A DNA stretch of 64,000 bases from a virus, in UHGV virus genome UHGV-0091736. One strand, written 5' to 3'. Shown here piece by piece: positions 17,123 to 26,356 of the stretch. The stretch's first letter is position 1; the number at the start of each line of letters is the position of its first letter. The notes below the pieces were generated by a model that saw nothing but the letters and a program-made list of their open reading frames with translations, did not search any database and was not told the DNA's origin. Both the position numbers and the translations under genes were made by a program.

Positions 17123-19153
17123 TTAACCTCTATTCAATGAACATTTAGGAGAATTACAATAAACTTGATTCATAGAACCAAGCGTACAACTTTCAGCATC
17201 GCGCCACGGAATCTGCTTAAAACACTCTGAGCAGTATCCGAGGGTTGACCACATGGCTTTGGTGAAGTCAGTGCTTCGGTTTCCGTCGAAGCTGACAACA
17301 GTTTTGCGGAGAGCTGTTCGTGATTCAGGAAACACACCTGCTTTCTCAGCAGGTTCCTCCTTTTTTGGCTTAGTTGAGATTGCAAAAATACTGTTGCTAC
17401 GTTTCTCAACATAAGCATCAACAACATCCTCCAGAGTGATGCCTGTTTGTTTCGCTGAGGAAGGTAATACAGTCATACGACCAATCATTTCTTCAGTTAC
17501 ACGTAAAGCAAACTCAGGACGACGGGTGTTTGTTGTATCTGTTGCTTTAATCCAGACATAACCATCTTTGATCGTAGCATTAGATACTTTCTTCTTTACT
17601 TCTACAGCGCAGACTTTACAGATATCTTCACCACGAAGACGACTAAGTTCATCATCGAACTCATTCTCTGTTTTAACCTCACCACAGATTTCACAAACAC
17701 CAATAGGAGTCTCCTCCTCTTCTTCCTCTTTAGGTTTAGTCAAACTTTCCAGACACTCTGGATGCCAGTAGCATTGATATGCGAAGACTGCTTTAGGTGC
17801 ATCCTTCCAATCAATGTGCTTGTCACAACCACCACAATCACCATGAGAGTGTGCTTCCCAGAATTTACGAGTGATAGTAACGCCATTCTTGTTGACGAAA
17901 CTATCATTCATATCAAAAGGGATATCATCATCAAAATCAGCAGTAGTTGACTCAGGCTCCTTTTTCTCCAGAGATGGGTCAACAAAACGACCTGCTGTGA
18001 TCACTAAACGAACCATAGCATTGACTTCGGAGATGCAGGATACTGTCCCACGGTAAACAATTTTAGGGTCTTTCAGGGCATCCTGATAGGCCTTAATGTC
18101 TACGTTATGAACATCACCTTCGATATACTCTTGAGATTTCTCATCGTAGATATAACCAATCATCTTACCACGAGAAGGGACAGCACCAGAAGTTGCATAA
18201 GGAACAAACTCATGCGGAGTGATTTCCACAGTCATGTCGCGGCGAATATCAATGTTTCGATCGCTTGCGATTTTGTTTTGACTTACCACTGCGTTTCTTC
18301 GACGAACATCTGCCGCCGTCACCCCCGGCTTCGTGTCGTAAGGATTGCTTGTACTGCTTTTTGAGGAGCTTTGATAGTTGCTTTGGCTGTAGTTGTTCGA
18401 GTAGTAACTGGCCCAACGATTGACTACCGTAAAAACCGGAAGCTCATGGGCGACCTCTTCAACCAGTGTCATGCTGTTATTTGACATGTCAAAGATGTAC
18501 TCTGTACCAACCTTACATTCAAAATGCTCATCAATGCGGTTCTTGTGAGACTTCGAACGCTTCAGAATCCACATCAGCATATCTTCTTCAGAAGCACCAA
18601 ACCAATCTTTATTACAACGTGCGAGATGGAAAGGACGTTCTTCGTTACGAATAATATGAAGCCGGTTATCAGAAGCATCATGCCAGATTAAAGTGAAAGC
18701 ACCATCCAACTTTTGAATAGTCTCTGCTGCACCAATGGTGTTAATAGAGTGGCAGATGTTCTCGCTGTCTACCTCGAAGTTTTTACTGTCAGGTAACAGG
18801 TCTTGGTCAATCAAGGTTCCGTTATGAACCAGAGTGATGTTACCGTGTTGGAAAGGATGGGCGTTCTTGGCGTTAACTGCACCTTTCGTTGCATGACGGC
18901 TGTGACCAACAATCCATGAAGGTGCTACAGTGTAAGATGTTTCACCAGTGGTATGCTTCTTATACTCATCTTGTAGGATGAATGCGAAAGAAGGAAGGGC
19001 TTCTTTATAAGTGAAGACCTCCTTAGTGCTCTTACGCTGACCAAAGATACCAGAAGAATGTTGTCCTCGGAATACCCCAGCATAAAAGAGTTGGTTGAAT
19101 ACGTCTAAATCGGTGCTTGACAGATTACCGCCAGCTAATACGATGCCACAAAT
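17123..19153 (-). CDS. class II (Ntn) glutamine amidotransferase fused to a Cys-rich zinc-ribbon C-terminal region; AUU start
   Basis: Frame is open up to the TAG at 19157-19159. N-terminus reads (I)CGIVLAGGN..RGQHSSG..GHSRHATKG..NAHPF..LVHNG. AGGTGG SD 8 nt before ATT-TGT. The ORF track begins only at 18814. Confidence 0.75.
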   Translation of the reverse strand: MCGIVLAGGNLSSTDLDVFNQLFYAGVFRGQHSSGIFGQRKSTKEVFTYKEALPSFAFILQDEYKKHTTGETSYTVAPSWIVGHSRHATKGAVNAKNAHPFQHGNITLVHNGTLIDQDLLPDSKNFEVDSENICHSINTIGAAETIQKLDGAFTLIWHDASDNRLHIIRNEERPFHLARCNKDWFGASEEDMLMWILKRSKSHKNRIDEHFECKVGTEYIFDMSNNSMTLVEEVAHELPVFTVVNRWASYYSNNYSQSNYQSSSKSSTSNPYDTKPGVTAADVRRRNAVVSQNKIASDRNIDIRRDMTVEITPHEFVPYATSGAVPSRGKMIGYIYDEKSQEYIEGDVHNVDIKAYQDALKDPKIVYRGTVSCISEVNAMVRLVITAGRFVDPSLEKKEPESTTADFDDDIPFDMNDSFVNKNGVTITRKFWEAHSHGDCGGCDKHIDWKDAPKAVFAYQCYWHPECLESLTKPKEEEEEETPIGVCEICGEVKTENEFDDELSRLRGEDICKVCAVEVKKKVSNATIKDGYVWIKATDTTNTRRPEFALRVTEEMIGRMTVLPSSAKQTGITLEDVVDAYVEKRSNSIFAISTKPKKEEPAEKAGVFPESRTALRKTVVSFDGNRSTDFTKAMWSTLGYCSECFKQIPWRDAESCTLGSMNQVYCNSPKCSLNRG

Positions 19154-19232
19154 TTTCTAATCCACCTGAAGGGTAAACCCTTTCATCTAATTAACCTTTA
19201 AATTGTGCCCCTTTACCAGAGGCACCCATTGA

Positions 19233-20336
19233 TTACAGCGCTTGTTCTAACTGGTTTTCCAAATGGTCTGGAATGTACCCTGTGATATTGCTATCACTGT
19301 GACCTGACTCACGCAGCAAGTCAAAAATAGCACGGACACGTTGTTCTGGAGCGTGTCTTACTTGAGACAGGTCAGTTGTACTAAGCATAACCAGAATCTC
19401 TTGGTACAAGCTGTTAGCATTCCCTCGAACATATCCAAGGAATCCATAGAAGTCTGGAATAAGACGTAAGTCAACAAGAGCTTCTCCGTTTGGGTTGGTT
19501 CGTCGTAAACGAATACGACCAGACTGCTCTACTTCATGAGAACGGCAATACAAAACATCACGGGCCATACAATATCCTGAATGCAAATCCAACTCATCCA
19601 GATTGTAATCCAGAGGGAGATAAGGGAGCATTGGAGTGAATCGTACAGTATTTAAATGCTCAACAAACTGATCATTGCTCATATCTGCGTTATCTAAAGC
19701 CAGCTTCTTCAACATCAAGAAACGGTTAACCAAATTGAGAAGTTGACCACGTTTCCACTTAGGCTCACTGATACGGAACTCAATCGAACCATATTGGGCA
19801 AGTGGCAGAAGGTTCAGAGATGTGTATTTATCCCATGAACGAACCAGACGGTTGAAGAATTCTTCACCATCGTAGTTAAATGCGTCAGAGGCATTCATCA
19901 CCTGTGCTTGTACCACTGCAAACGCAGGGCAGAAGTTGCTACGGTAACGATGGTAGCCCGAACACTTGAACAACATCTTTTCATAGAAGGTCCAAGCGAG
20001 AATGGTTTTCTTGAGGATATTACTATCAGCATCCCTCATATCCATATGAACGTGAGTAGAGCAACGCCAAGTCCCCTCGGCGTGCGATTCAGCTACTGCT
20101 TCACTCAGGTTGTTGATAGCGTCTAACAACTCCTGTCCATTGTAAGGCCGTGAACATACCATTTCACAACCATTACGCAGGGAACCATCCTCTGTACAAT
20201 CCCACATATCTGCTTCGATATGATCGGAACCTTCGAGTTCAAGTTCAATACCGACACCGCACTGAAGTGCAATTGAACTATGCTCCTCAGTTAAACGACC
20301 TTCTCGATATCCAAAAGTTTGCGCTACAGTTGTCAT
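19233..20336 (-). CDS. amidoligase (glutamine-synthetase-like COOH-NH2 ligase, Amidoligase_2-type)
   Basis: CGVGIELELEG..EDGSLRNGCEMVS..CSTHVHMDM pattern. Confidence 0.65.
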   Translation of the reverse strand: MTTVAQTFGYREGRLTEEHSSIALQCGVGIELELEGSDHIEADMWDCTEDGSLRNGCEMVCSRPYNGQELLDAINNLSEAVAESHAEGTWRCSTHVHMDMRDADSNILKKTILAWTFYEKMLFKCSGYHRYRSNFCPAFAVVQAQVMNASDAFNYDGEEFFNRLVRSWDKYTSLNLLPLAQYGSIEFRISEPKWKRGQLLNLVNRFLMLKKLALDNADMSNDQFVEHLNTVRFTPMLPYLPLDYNLDELDLHSGYCMARDVLYCRSHEVEQSGRIRLRRTNPNGEALVDLRLIPDFYGFLGYVRGNANSLYQEILVMLSTTDLSQVRHAPEQRVRAIFDLLRESGHSDSNITGYIPDHLENQLEQAL

Positions 20337-20950
20337 AACGAATCCACCAACGTAATATTATAATTGCTAAGGTTTTCAGAAATGTGATGAAAGTGTTCCA
20401 GAAGTCGCATCGGTTGCTGACCGTAAGAGTCACGAGGTGCTTCCAGATCTACTTGCCCTACCAGTGCACCTTTATAATGCACCTTACCATCAGTAGGGTT
20501 GATGTAAATATAACGAGTAACCAATCCCTCGAATTCAGGATTGAACAGACTGTAAACCATCTCCCCGGAGATAGCACGACCAACACCCGGAGCATTTCGA
20601 ATCTTGTTACCCATCAAACCCTTTGCTCTCTGACGAACAGGGTTAATATGAGTCCAACTTACAGTGTTACCGTTATGGAACAGATAACCAACATCAGGTG
20701 ATTCAAGAATCAAGGTTGGGTCGAACACTGGAATATTCATCGTAGTGTTTCGAAGGTGCCCTTGCTCATTCTTGTACCACTGCTCTACAACAAAATACAG
20801 AGCCTGCTCTGCTTCGTGAGAGAAGTCATCGCTGCGGAAGTTACCGCTCTGCTCAACACCAATCACAAAACATGGAAGGTTGATATTACCTGCTCGTTTA
20901 GCAATCCATGTACCATTATAGTAATGAGAAAAATCAGCTACTAAGCTCAC
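20333..20950 (-). CDS. hypothetical protein (205 aa), ligase-cluster member
   Basis: ORF track; GTG start; overlaps the next gene by 4 nt. Confidence 0.55.
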   Translation of the reverse strand: MSLVADFSHYYNGTWIAKRAGNINLPCFVIGVEQSGNFRSDDFSHEAEQALYFVVEQWYKNEQGHLRNTTMNIPVFDPTLILESPDVGYLFHNGNTVSWTHINPVRQRAKGLMGNKIRNAPGVGRAISGEMVYSLFNPEFEGLVTRYIYINPTDGKVHYKGALVGQVDLEAPRDSYGQQPMRLLEHFHHISENLSNYNITLVDSL

Positions 20951-20959
20951 GATAACCTC

Positions 20960-21766
20960 TTATGCTACCTGAAGGAGTTTGATCTGCTGGTCCGCTTCTT
21001 TAACGTTGTTGCCGTTAATGATTTCATGAAGCTTCTCAATCGGAAGGCGAGAGTGCAATGCCATCAGAGTGGACATATCACACTGCTGAACAACCTTGTC
21101 AACCTGATCGTAAACAAACTTACGGTTTTCACGATCGCTAATCCAGAAGTTAGACAGCGAACGATATTCGATACCATAGTCTTTATAACGGATTGCAGAT
21201 GCTTTACCGTAGAGTTCTTTACGGCGAGTATCTTTGTCCATAATTACTGCTGGGAGTGATAGGAAGTAGTCACACAGCACACCAAGCATCATCTGAGTTT
21301 GCAGAGTGATATCCAAAGCCCCAACGACACCAAGATGTACGTGACCACCGGCAGTACGAAGTCCCTTATTCTGAGAAGTTGGGGATGGGTTTTTCTGACC
21401 AGTGAAAGCGTTGAAGTCAGGAGTGCATCCAAAGATGAACGCTGATTCATTAAAGGTCTTCATCTCTTCTTCGGTGAAGATGTGAGAGCTGACACCCGGA
21501 GCTGTTTCCATATCCAGTTTGTTCAGGACTTTATTGGTGAGATCAATACCACGTTGCATGTTATCATTAAACGCTTCAAAACCGCTCTGTGGGTCAATAT
21601 CAAACTCAGCCAATACGTTGTCCTCTTGAAGACGAACATCCTTAGCCAGAGCGATCTTATCGTCCTTAGAGCAGCCTAGAAGACCGGCTACAGAGGTGAT
21701 GATGCCGTTGCTAGTACGAACGAAGAGCTCAGGGTCGCTGCCTATTAAGAATTTGCGCTTAGTCAT
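20960..21766 (-). CDS. COOH-NH2 ligase type 2 (phiEco32-like family)
   Basis: N-terminal FLIGSDPELFV and GGHVHLG motifs, recalled as typical of that family. Confidence 0.6.
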   Translation of the reverse strand: MTKRKFLIGSDPELFVRTSNGIITSVAGLLGCSKDDKIALAKDVRLQEDNVLAEFDIDPQSGFEAFNDNMQRGIDLTNKVLNKLDMETAPGVSSHIFTEEEMKTFNESAFIFGCTPDFNAFTGQKNPSPTSQNKGLRTAGGHVHLGVVGALDITLQTQMMLGVLCDYFLSLPAVIMDKDTRRKELYGKASAIRYKDYGIEYRSLSNFWISDRENRKFVYDQVDKVVQQCDMSTLMALHSRLPIEKLHEIINGNNVKEADQQIKLLQVA

Positions 21767-22730
21767 TGTAATACTCCACTAGTTCAGAAAAGAGAGATGA
21801 GATTGTGTTACCAACTTCTTCAAGTGTAAGTCCAGAGCTTGGACCAGTACGTTGAATCAGTCGGGCTGTAAAGTTTTGTACTGTAATGTTTTCCAACTTA
21901 TTGTCTATTGTTTCACGTTTGTGACCATGACAGTTGGACCAGAGTTTTAACCACCCTGACATTGTTTCATACTCGTCTGGGTCTTGATCTTTATCAAGAG
22001 CAAACCCTCGTAAGGCCTCTGGGTTATGGTTACGAACATAACCATTCTCATTGTAACCAACACCGAAGGGGTTTTGAACCCATACTTGCTTCGTGTACTC
22101 ATCAGAGTCTACAACCAAAGGAAGGAATGCTGCTGCTGACATACCATTGTTGATAAGAATGGCTGTGTTCTCTCCACTCCCATTGGGGATTCCTCGTTGA
22201 GACCATCCACCGAAGAAGTCACGACCTAACCCAGCTAACACTAGAGCGATGCCTATGCGTTTACGCTTCAGCCACTCTTCCCTGTCTTCAATTCCTTCTG
22301 CTAGGAAATCCATTCCACGATACTGCCCTTCCAGAATACTACGAAAGAGCATAAGTCCTGTGAAGATCTGATCTGCTGGATGCTCACGAAGGTTGACAGC
22401 AACACTGTTCGCTGAAGTGATAGTAAATACATCACGATAGCAAGACATGGAGTTCATAATGTCTGCTGTTTCAACCAAGATCTTTTCAATCTCAGATGCA
22501 GGGTGATTGTGAAAAGAGTGAGTCCAGTAATTCAACATCTCCAGTTGCAAGTTGATACCACGGTTGAAGCGTTTATGACGCCCATCTTCCATGATATATT
22601 CGCCATTAATGTCAATTAAGAGGTGGCTTTGCATGTAGTTGTGGACACCGAAGCACCCACAACCTAAGAACTTCTGTTCCCCTAAACCCTGTTGAAGATT
22701 TAGAGGCACGATCGTTGTAGAGATTGCCAT
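21759..22730 (-). CDS. hypothetical protein (323 aa), ligase-cluster member
   Basis: ORF track; 8-nt overlap with the downstream gene. Confidence 0.6.
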   Translation of the reverse strand: MAISTTIVPLNLQQGLGEQKFLGCGCFGVHNYMQSHLLIDINGEYIMEDGRHKRFNRGINLQLEMLNYWTHSFHNHPASEIEKILVETADIMNSMSCYRDVFTITSANSVAVNLREHPADQIFTGLMLFRSILEGQYRGMDFLAEGIEDREEWLKRKRIGIALVLAGLGRDFFGGWSQRGIPNGSGENTAILINNGMSAAAFLPLVVDSDEYTKQVWVQNPFGVGYNENGYVRNHNPEALRGFALDKDQDPDEYETMSGWLKLWSNCHGHKRETIDNKLENITVQNFTARLIQRTGPSSGLTLEEVGNTISSLFSELVEYYND

Positions 22731-22740
22731 AACTAACCTT

Positions 22741-23937
22741 TTATTTTCCTAAAAATAATCCGCTCATAATACCATCCCATTCAGAGGATGGAACCACTGA
22801 ATACTCCGAACTTTGGTCCAGAGTTCCACTACTAAATCGCTGAATAATGTTATAGATGTTGAACATATCCTTAGTCTCGATACGATTACCGTAGATTAAT
22901 TTGTCAGCTGTTCTTTCACCTTTAGATGCACGACGGACAAAGTTAACCAGAAGATTATCACATTTAAGTGTTTCTGACCCACTCTCTACTAAATCGGGGT
23001 GCATCACCGGCAAGAACATTGAGTTATTAACTCGTAATTCTGATGTTTCGTTATTTTCATAACTTATCCATCTAAAATCTTCATCACGGAAGTGGCCACA
23101 CCCATCTCTATACGACTGTTGACGCCAAGGCACTTTAAACGCTTCAGCATACTTGTTAGCCATACCAACTGTAAACAGTGATGACGGGAAGATACAAGCA
23201 TCCCAATCATTACCAACCAGAGTTGATTTTGTTTCCCCCAAGAGGTTAGTGTAAGTGCTAACCATTCTGGAGTAAACATAAGCCTGAAGGATTGTCCAGC
23301 CTTCAACCAACCATTTATGAAGGAAGGTTTCGACCTGACTCTCTTCTTCTTCGCAATAGAAGGTTCGATCTAACATTAAATAGAACAGACAACGGTCAGC
23401 ATGAACGTTCTCAGTTGCTACACCCATAAAACCTTTTTCGTGCCAGCGTAAACAGGAGGGACGGTCTTTGTCCACAAATGCTTCCATAGCTTCCAGTACA
23501 GCACGAGGTGTGGTTTGATATTCAGGGTTTTTGTCGTTCCAGCGTTCGATGTTATTTTTAAGCTCACCTTCGTAATCAATAGCACCCCAACCCAACCCTT
23601 TGGTTACGGGTTTTTCATCACGCCAGCTCAGAAAACCTAACATGTCTAAGTGTGTTCCAGAGTTCCAGATATGTTTGATATTGCACATATCCATCTCTCG
23701 ACTCAACAAGAAGTCTTGCCCATCAGCACTACTAATGTTAGATGCTTCGCTCCACACTCGAACGTGCATATTCCACCCATGGGTTGCCTCATAGGTGTTA
23801 GGTTCAAAATATTCATCATATTCCTCATCATCTTCATCAACGCCACCATTATAGTTGCGAAGCTGAAGGAATCCATAGCAAGGAGGATAGACCGTTAAAA
23901 CTTTACCTTCAGTATCTTCTAATGTTACTGGAAACAT
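22741..23937 (-). CDS. hypothetical protein (398 aa), ligase-cluster member
   Basis: ORF track. Confidence 0.6.
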   Translation of the reverse strand: MFPVTLEDTEGKVLTVYPPCYGFLQLRNYNGGVDEDDEEYDEYFEPNTYEATHGWNMHVRVWSEASNISSADGQDFLLSREMDMCNIKHIWNSGTHLDMLGFLSWRDEKPVTKGLGWGAIDYEGELKNNIERWNDKNPEYQTTPRAVLEAMEAFVDKDRPSCLRWHEKGFMGVATENVHADRCLFYLMLDRTFYCEEEESQVETFLHKWLVEGWTILQAYVYSRMVSTYTNLLGETKSTLVGNDWDACIFPSSLFTVGMANKYAEAFKVPWRQQSYRDGCGHFRDEDFRWISYENNETSELRVNNSMFLPVMHPDLVESGSETLKCDNLLVNFVRRASKGERTADKLIYGNRIETKDMFNIYNIIQRFSSGTLDQSSEYSVVPSSEWDGIMSGLFLGK

Positions 23938-23948
23938 TATACCAACCT

Positions 23949-24311
23949 CTATTGGTTTTTAATCAACTCAATTGACTTACGGATATAAAGAATATCTCGG
24001 AAGTTTCTGTAGTTGTTCATAAATTGGTGCTTCTGAAACTCAGCTTCAAGCAGAGATTCTTTAGCACTTTCGTAGTTCTGGCGGGCAAGATGTACAACCC
24101 GCTCTGGTAACGTGTTTGCGCGACGTATGACATACTTGTGAGCTTTCATATTACTTTGCTCACGAGCAATCTTACTTTTCGCTACCGTAATACCATTTGC
24201 AATCCAAGCAAGTTCTTGCTCAAGTTCTTCGTTGGACATACCACCGAGGTTTGATGCAACCTTGTTCAGAGTTTCAATATTAACGTTGCCCTTAATGGGA
24301 CGTGTATTCAT
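23949..24311 (-). CDS. hypothetical coiled-coil protein (120 aa)
   Basis: ORF track. Confidence 0.55.
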   Translation of the reverse strand: MNTRPIKGNVNIETLNKVASNLGGMSNEELEQELAWIANGITVAKSKIAREQSNMKAHKYVIRRANTLPERVVHLARQNYESAKESLLEAEFQKHQFMNNYRNFRDILYIRKSIELIKNQ

Positions 24312-24313
24312 AC

Positions 24314-24466
24314 TTACTCCTGTTGTTTACACTCGTCAATAACCCACTGATAAGTGGATTGCCCAGAAAAGAAACACTGAATAAATCCAGATGTTCTCTG
24401 CGTTACCAGTGCTAGTGCACAAATCACTATAGCTGCTGCTAGCAGTTTTAAATCTAATTTAGACAT
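24314..24466 (-). CDS. small membrane protein (50 aa)
   Basis: Hand-translated MSKLDLKLLAAAIVICALALV... GAGAGGAAAT precedes the ATG. Confidence 0.4.
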   Translation of the reverse strand: MSKLDLKLLAAAIVICALALVTQRTSGFIQCFFSGQSTYQWVIDECKQQE

Positions 24467-24483
24467 ATTTCCTCTCGTTGAAT

Positions 24484-24510
24484 TTAAAAAAGGACTCTCC
24501 GAAAAGAGTC
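24484..24510 (-). terminator. Rho-independent terminator (minus)
   Basis: GACUCUU-UUCG-GAGAGUC followed by CUUUUUU. Confidence 0.6.
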
Positions 24511-24701
24511 AAGCTTTAAACACAAAAAGATATTACCCAATATCTGTGGATAACCTGCTCTTAAAATATCTATCCGACGGATGTTTGAGGAATATCCCTC
24601 GCCCTAGCATCGGCCCCATACGGGAAATATATTAAGGTTAGGTTAGTTGAGTCAGAATAACTCACATAGCCCTCCGAAGAAGGCTATAGGCGTTACTACA
24701 A

Positions 24702-24917
24702 CTAAAAGTCACTTGATTCTACAAAAGCATCACTAAGGATTTCGTCAATTTCTTTGTTAGTCAAATCTTTCCTGAACCAACAACAAGGTACATCCACCCA
24801 TTGACCAGAGTTGTTTTCTACAGAGCATCTATTGCCTGTCTTACTCTTGCATTTATAGGTTTTACCTTTGTCTAGACGGTAGTGTATCCTGTAAACGACC
24901 GACACAAGTGTTATCAT
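24702..24917 (-). CDS. hypothetical protein (71 aa)
   Basis: ORF track. Confidence 0.5.
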   Translation of the reverse strand: MITLVSVVYRIHYRLDKGKTYKCKSKTGNRCSVENNSGQWVDVPCCWFRKDLTNKEIDEILSDAFVESSDF

Positions 24918-25150
24918 TACTCGCCTTTCTTAGCACGATCTTTGGCAGTTTTGCCAGTGCGGATGCGATGAGAAACGTTAACCAGAGTGCCACCATCAAC
25001 TACGGTAACGCTCTTGTTTTTAGCCAGATCAAACACAGTTTTCTCCGTGCCGCCCAAGCGAATTTGCTTAGGCTCACTGAAGGTTTGGGTTGATTTGGAT
25101 TGGAACTGGAACGGTTGACGGATTGCATCGATTGCGCTTACTTTAGACAT
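24917..25150 (-). CDS. hypothetical basic protein (77 aa)
   Basis: ORF track. Confidence 0.5.
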   Translation of the reverse strand: MSKVSAIDAIRQPFQFQSKSTQTFSEPKQIRLGGTEKTVFDLAKNKSVTVVDGGTLVNVSHRIRTGKTAKDRAKKGE

Positions 25151-25383
25151 AGGGGAAATTCCTTAAAAAGTCATGGCTGCGTAGAGGGAATTCCCTACGC
25201 AAATTGGGCCGCCCACAGGGAGGCGTCATAGTACTAAAAGAAGGAGAGAAGAGGGCTTATTTAGCTACCTTTTCTGTCCATTTACAAACCAGATAATCGA
25301 ACCATCAGGCTGTCGTTGACCTAAGCTTTTCTGGTTAATCATATCGTCATAAGAATATGCTTTACGTCTCATTTGTTTTCCTA

Positions 25384-25596
25384 TTAACAGGCGTAGTTAC
25401 TTAGGTATACATGCCGATCTCTCAGCACCTCACCAAGAAAAGATTTGTAATCTTCTGTTATTCCAGAATAAAACTTCTCTTTAGCTTCTTCTTCAGACAC
25501 TTTCCACAACTTAGAAAGTTGATTGAACAAGACTTCCTCAGAGGAGAATAGTAGGTATGCATTCTGGATGAGTATGTCTTTCTCTTCTTGAGTCAT
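25384..25596 (-). CDS. hypothetical protein (70 aa)
   Basis: ORF track. Confidence 0.5.
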   Translation of the reverse strand: MTQEEKDILIQNAYLLFSSEEVLFNQLSKLWKVSEEEAKEKFYSGITEDYKSFLGEVLRDRHVYLSNYAC

Positions 25597-25603
25597 ATAC
25601 CAC

Positions 25604-25852
25604 CTACGGAGTTAAGATAATTTCAGCCTTACTAAACTTCTCACCAACAACCATATCACCAGAGATGACACGTAGTTCTCCCGTGCCCAAGTTAACAGCT
25701 CCAGCAGGTTGGAAACCTCTGCTCTTTGCTGTCAGCATGTAAGTCTTTTGAAGATGGCACTCTTGGAGAGTGAACACATCTGACATATTTAGGTCTTTAA
25801 CACGGAGGACTGTTTCCTCTTTGCTCTTAACTTTAACATGAATAGTGCTCAT
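25604..25852 (-). CDS. small-protein family member (82 aa)
   Basis: ..VKDLNMSDVFTL.. ..VNLGTGE... Shares the 9-member family pattern. Confidence 0.55.
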   Translation of the reverse strand: MSTIHVKVKSKEETVLRVKDLNMSDVFTLQECHLQKTYMLTAKSRGFQPAGAVNLGTGELRVISGDMVVGEKFSKAEIILTP

Positions 25853-25854
25853 AA

Positions 25855-26100
25855 TTACTCCTGAACCACTGACATACGAATTACTTCAACTGGGGTATCA
25901 CTTTTCATAACACCCAGTACGCCAGTAAGAAGATTAACGGTCGTAATCCAACCCTCTTCTACAGAGATTTTGTTGGATACATTATTAACACGGATGTGGT
26001 ACTGAGGAGTTGCTGTTCCTCTCTGAACTACGAAAGGGTTTCCGGGAATAATTGTAGCCAGTGAAACAGTGTTATCTTTAATCTTTGGGATGATTTTCAT
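25855..26100 (-). CDS. small-protein family member (81 aa)
   Basis: MKIIPKIK..LATIIPGNPFVV..VNLLTGV. Confidence 0.55.
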   Translation of the reverse strand: MKIIPKIKDNTVSLATIIPGNPFVVQRGTATPQYHIRVNNVSNKISVEEGWITTVNLLTGVLGVMKSDTPVEVIRMSVVQE

Positions 26101-26348
26101 TGCGTATTATCCACCAAAAGTTCTGCTGATACAGGAACAACCTGACAACGACCAAGAGGGGCTGAAACAACCCCATCACCTAGCCGGAGAGTAGGTATCC
26201 GGTTATCTGGGATTTTGATGTTAGGACTTAAGGTAACAATTCCTTTCACATAAAGATCTTCATTGTGTGGGAATTTAAACACAGAACCATTAGCTAGAGA
26301 GCTTAGCTCTACTGCTTCTACTTCCTCTTTCTTATATGTGATTTTCAT
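26097..26348 (-). CDS. small-protein family member (83 aa)
   Basis: MKITYKK..LSSLANGSVFKF.. Confidence 0.55.
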   Translation of the reverse strand: MKITYKKEEVEAVELSSLANGSVFKFPHNEDLYVKGIVTLSPNIKIPDNRIPTLRLGDGVVSAPLGRCQVVPVSAELLVDNTQ

Positions 26349-26356
26349 ATTGATTC

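Noticed and set aside
24484-24515. TTGACT within the terminator hairpin as a sigma70 -35 box
   Set aside because: The best -10 at 17-bp spacing is TTTAAA/TTAAAT, which is weak. The sequence is better explained as a terminator stem plus U-tract.
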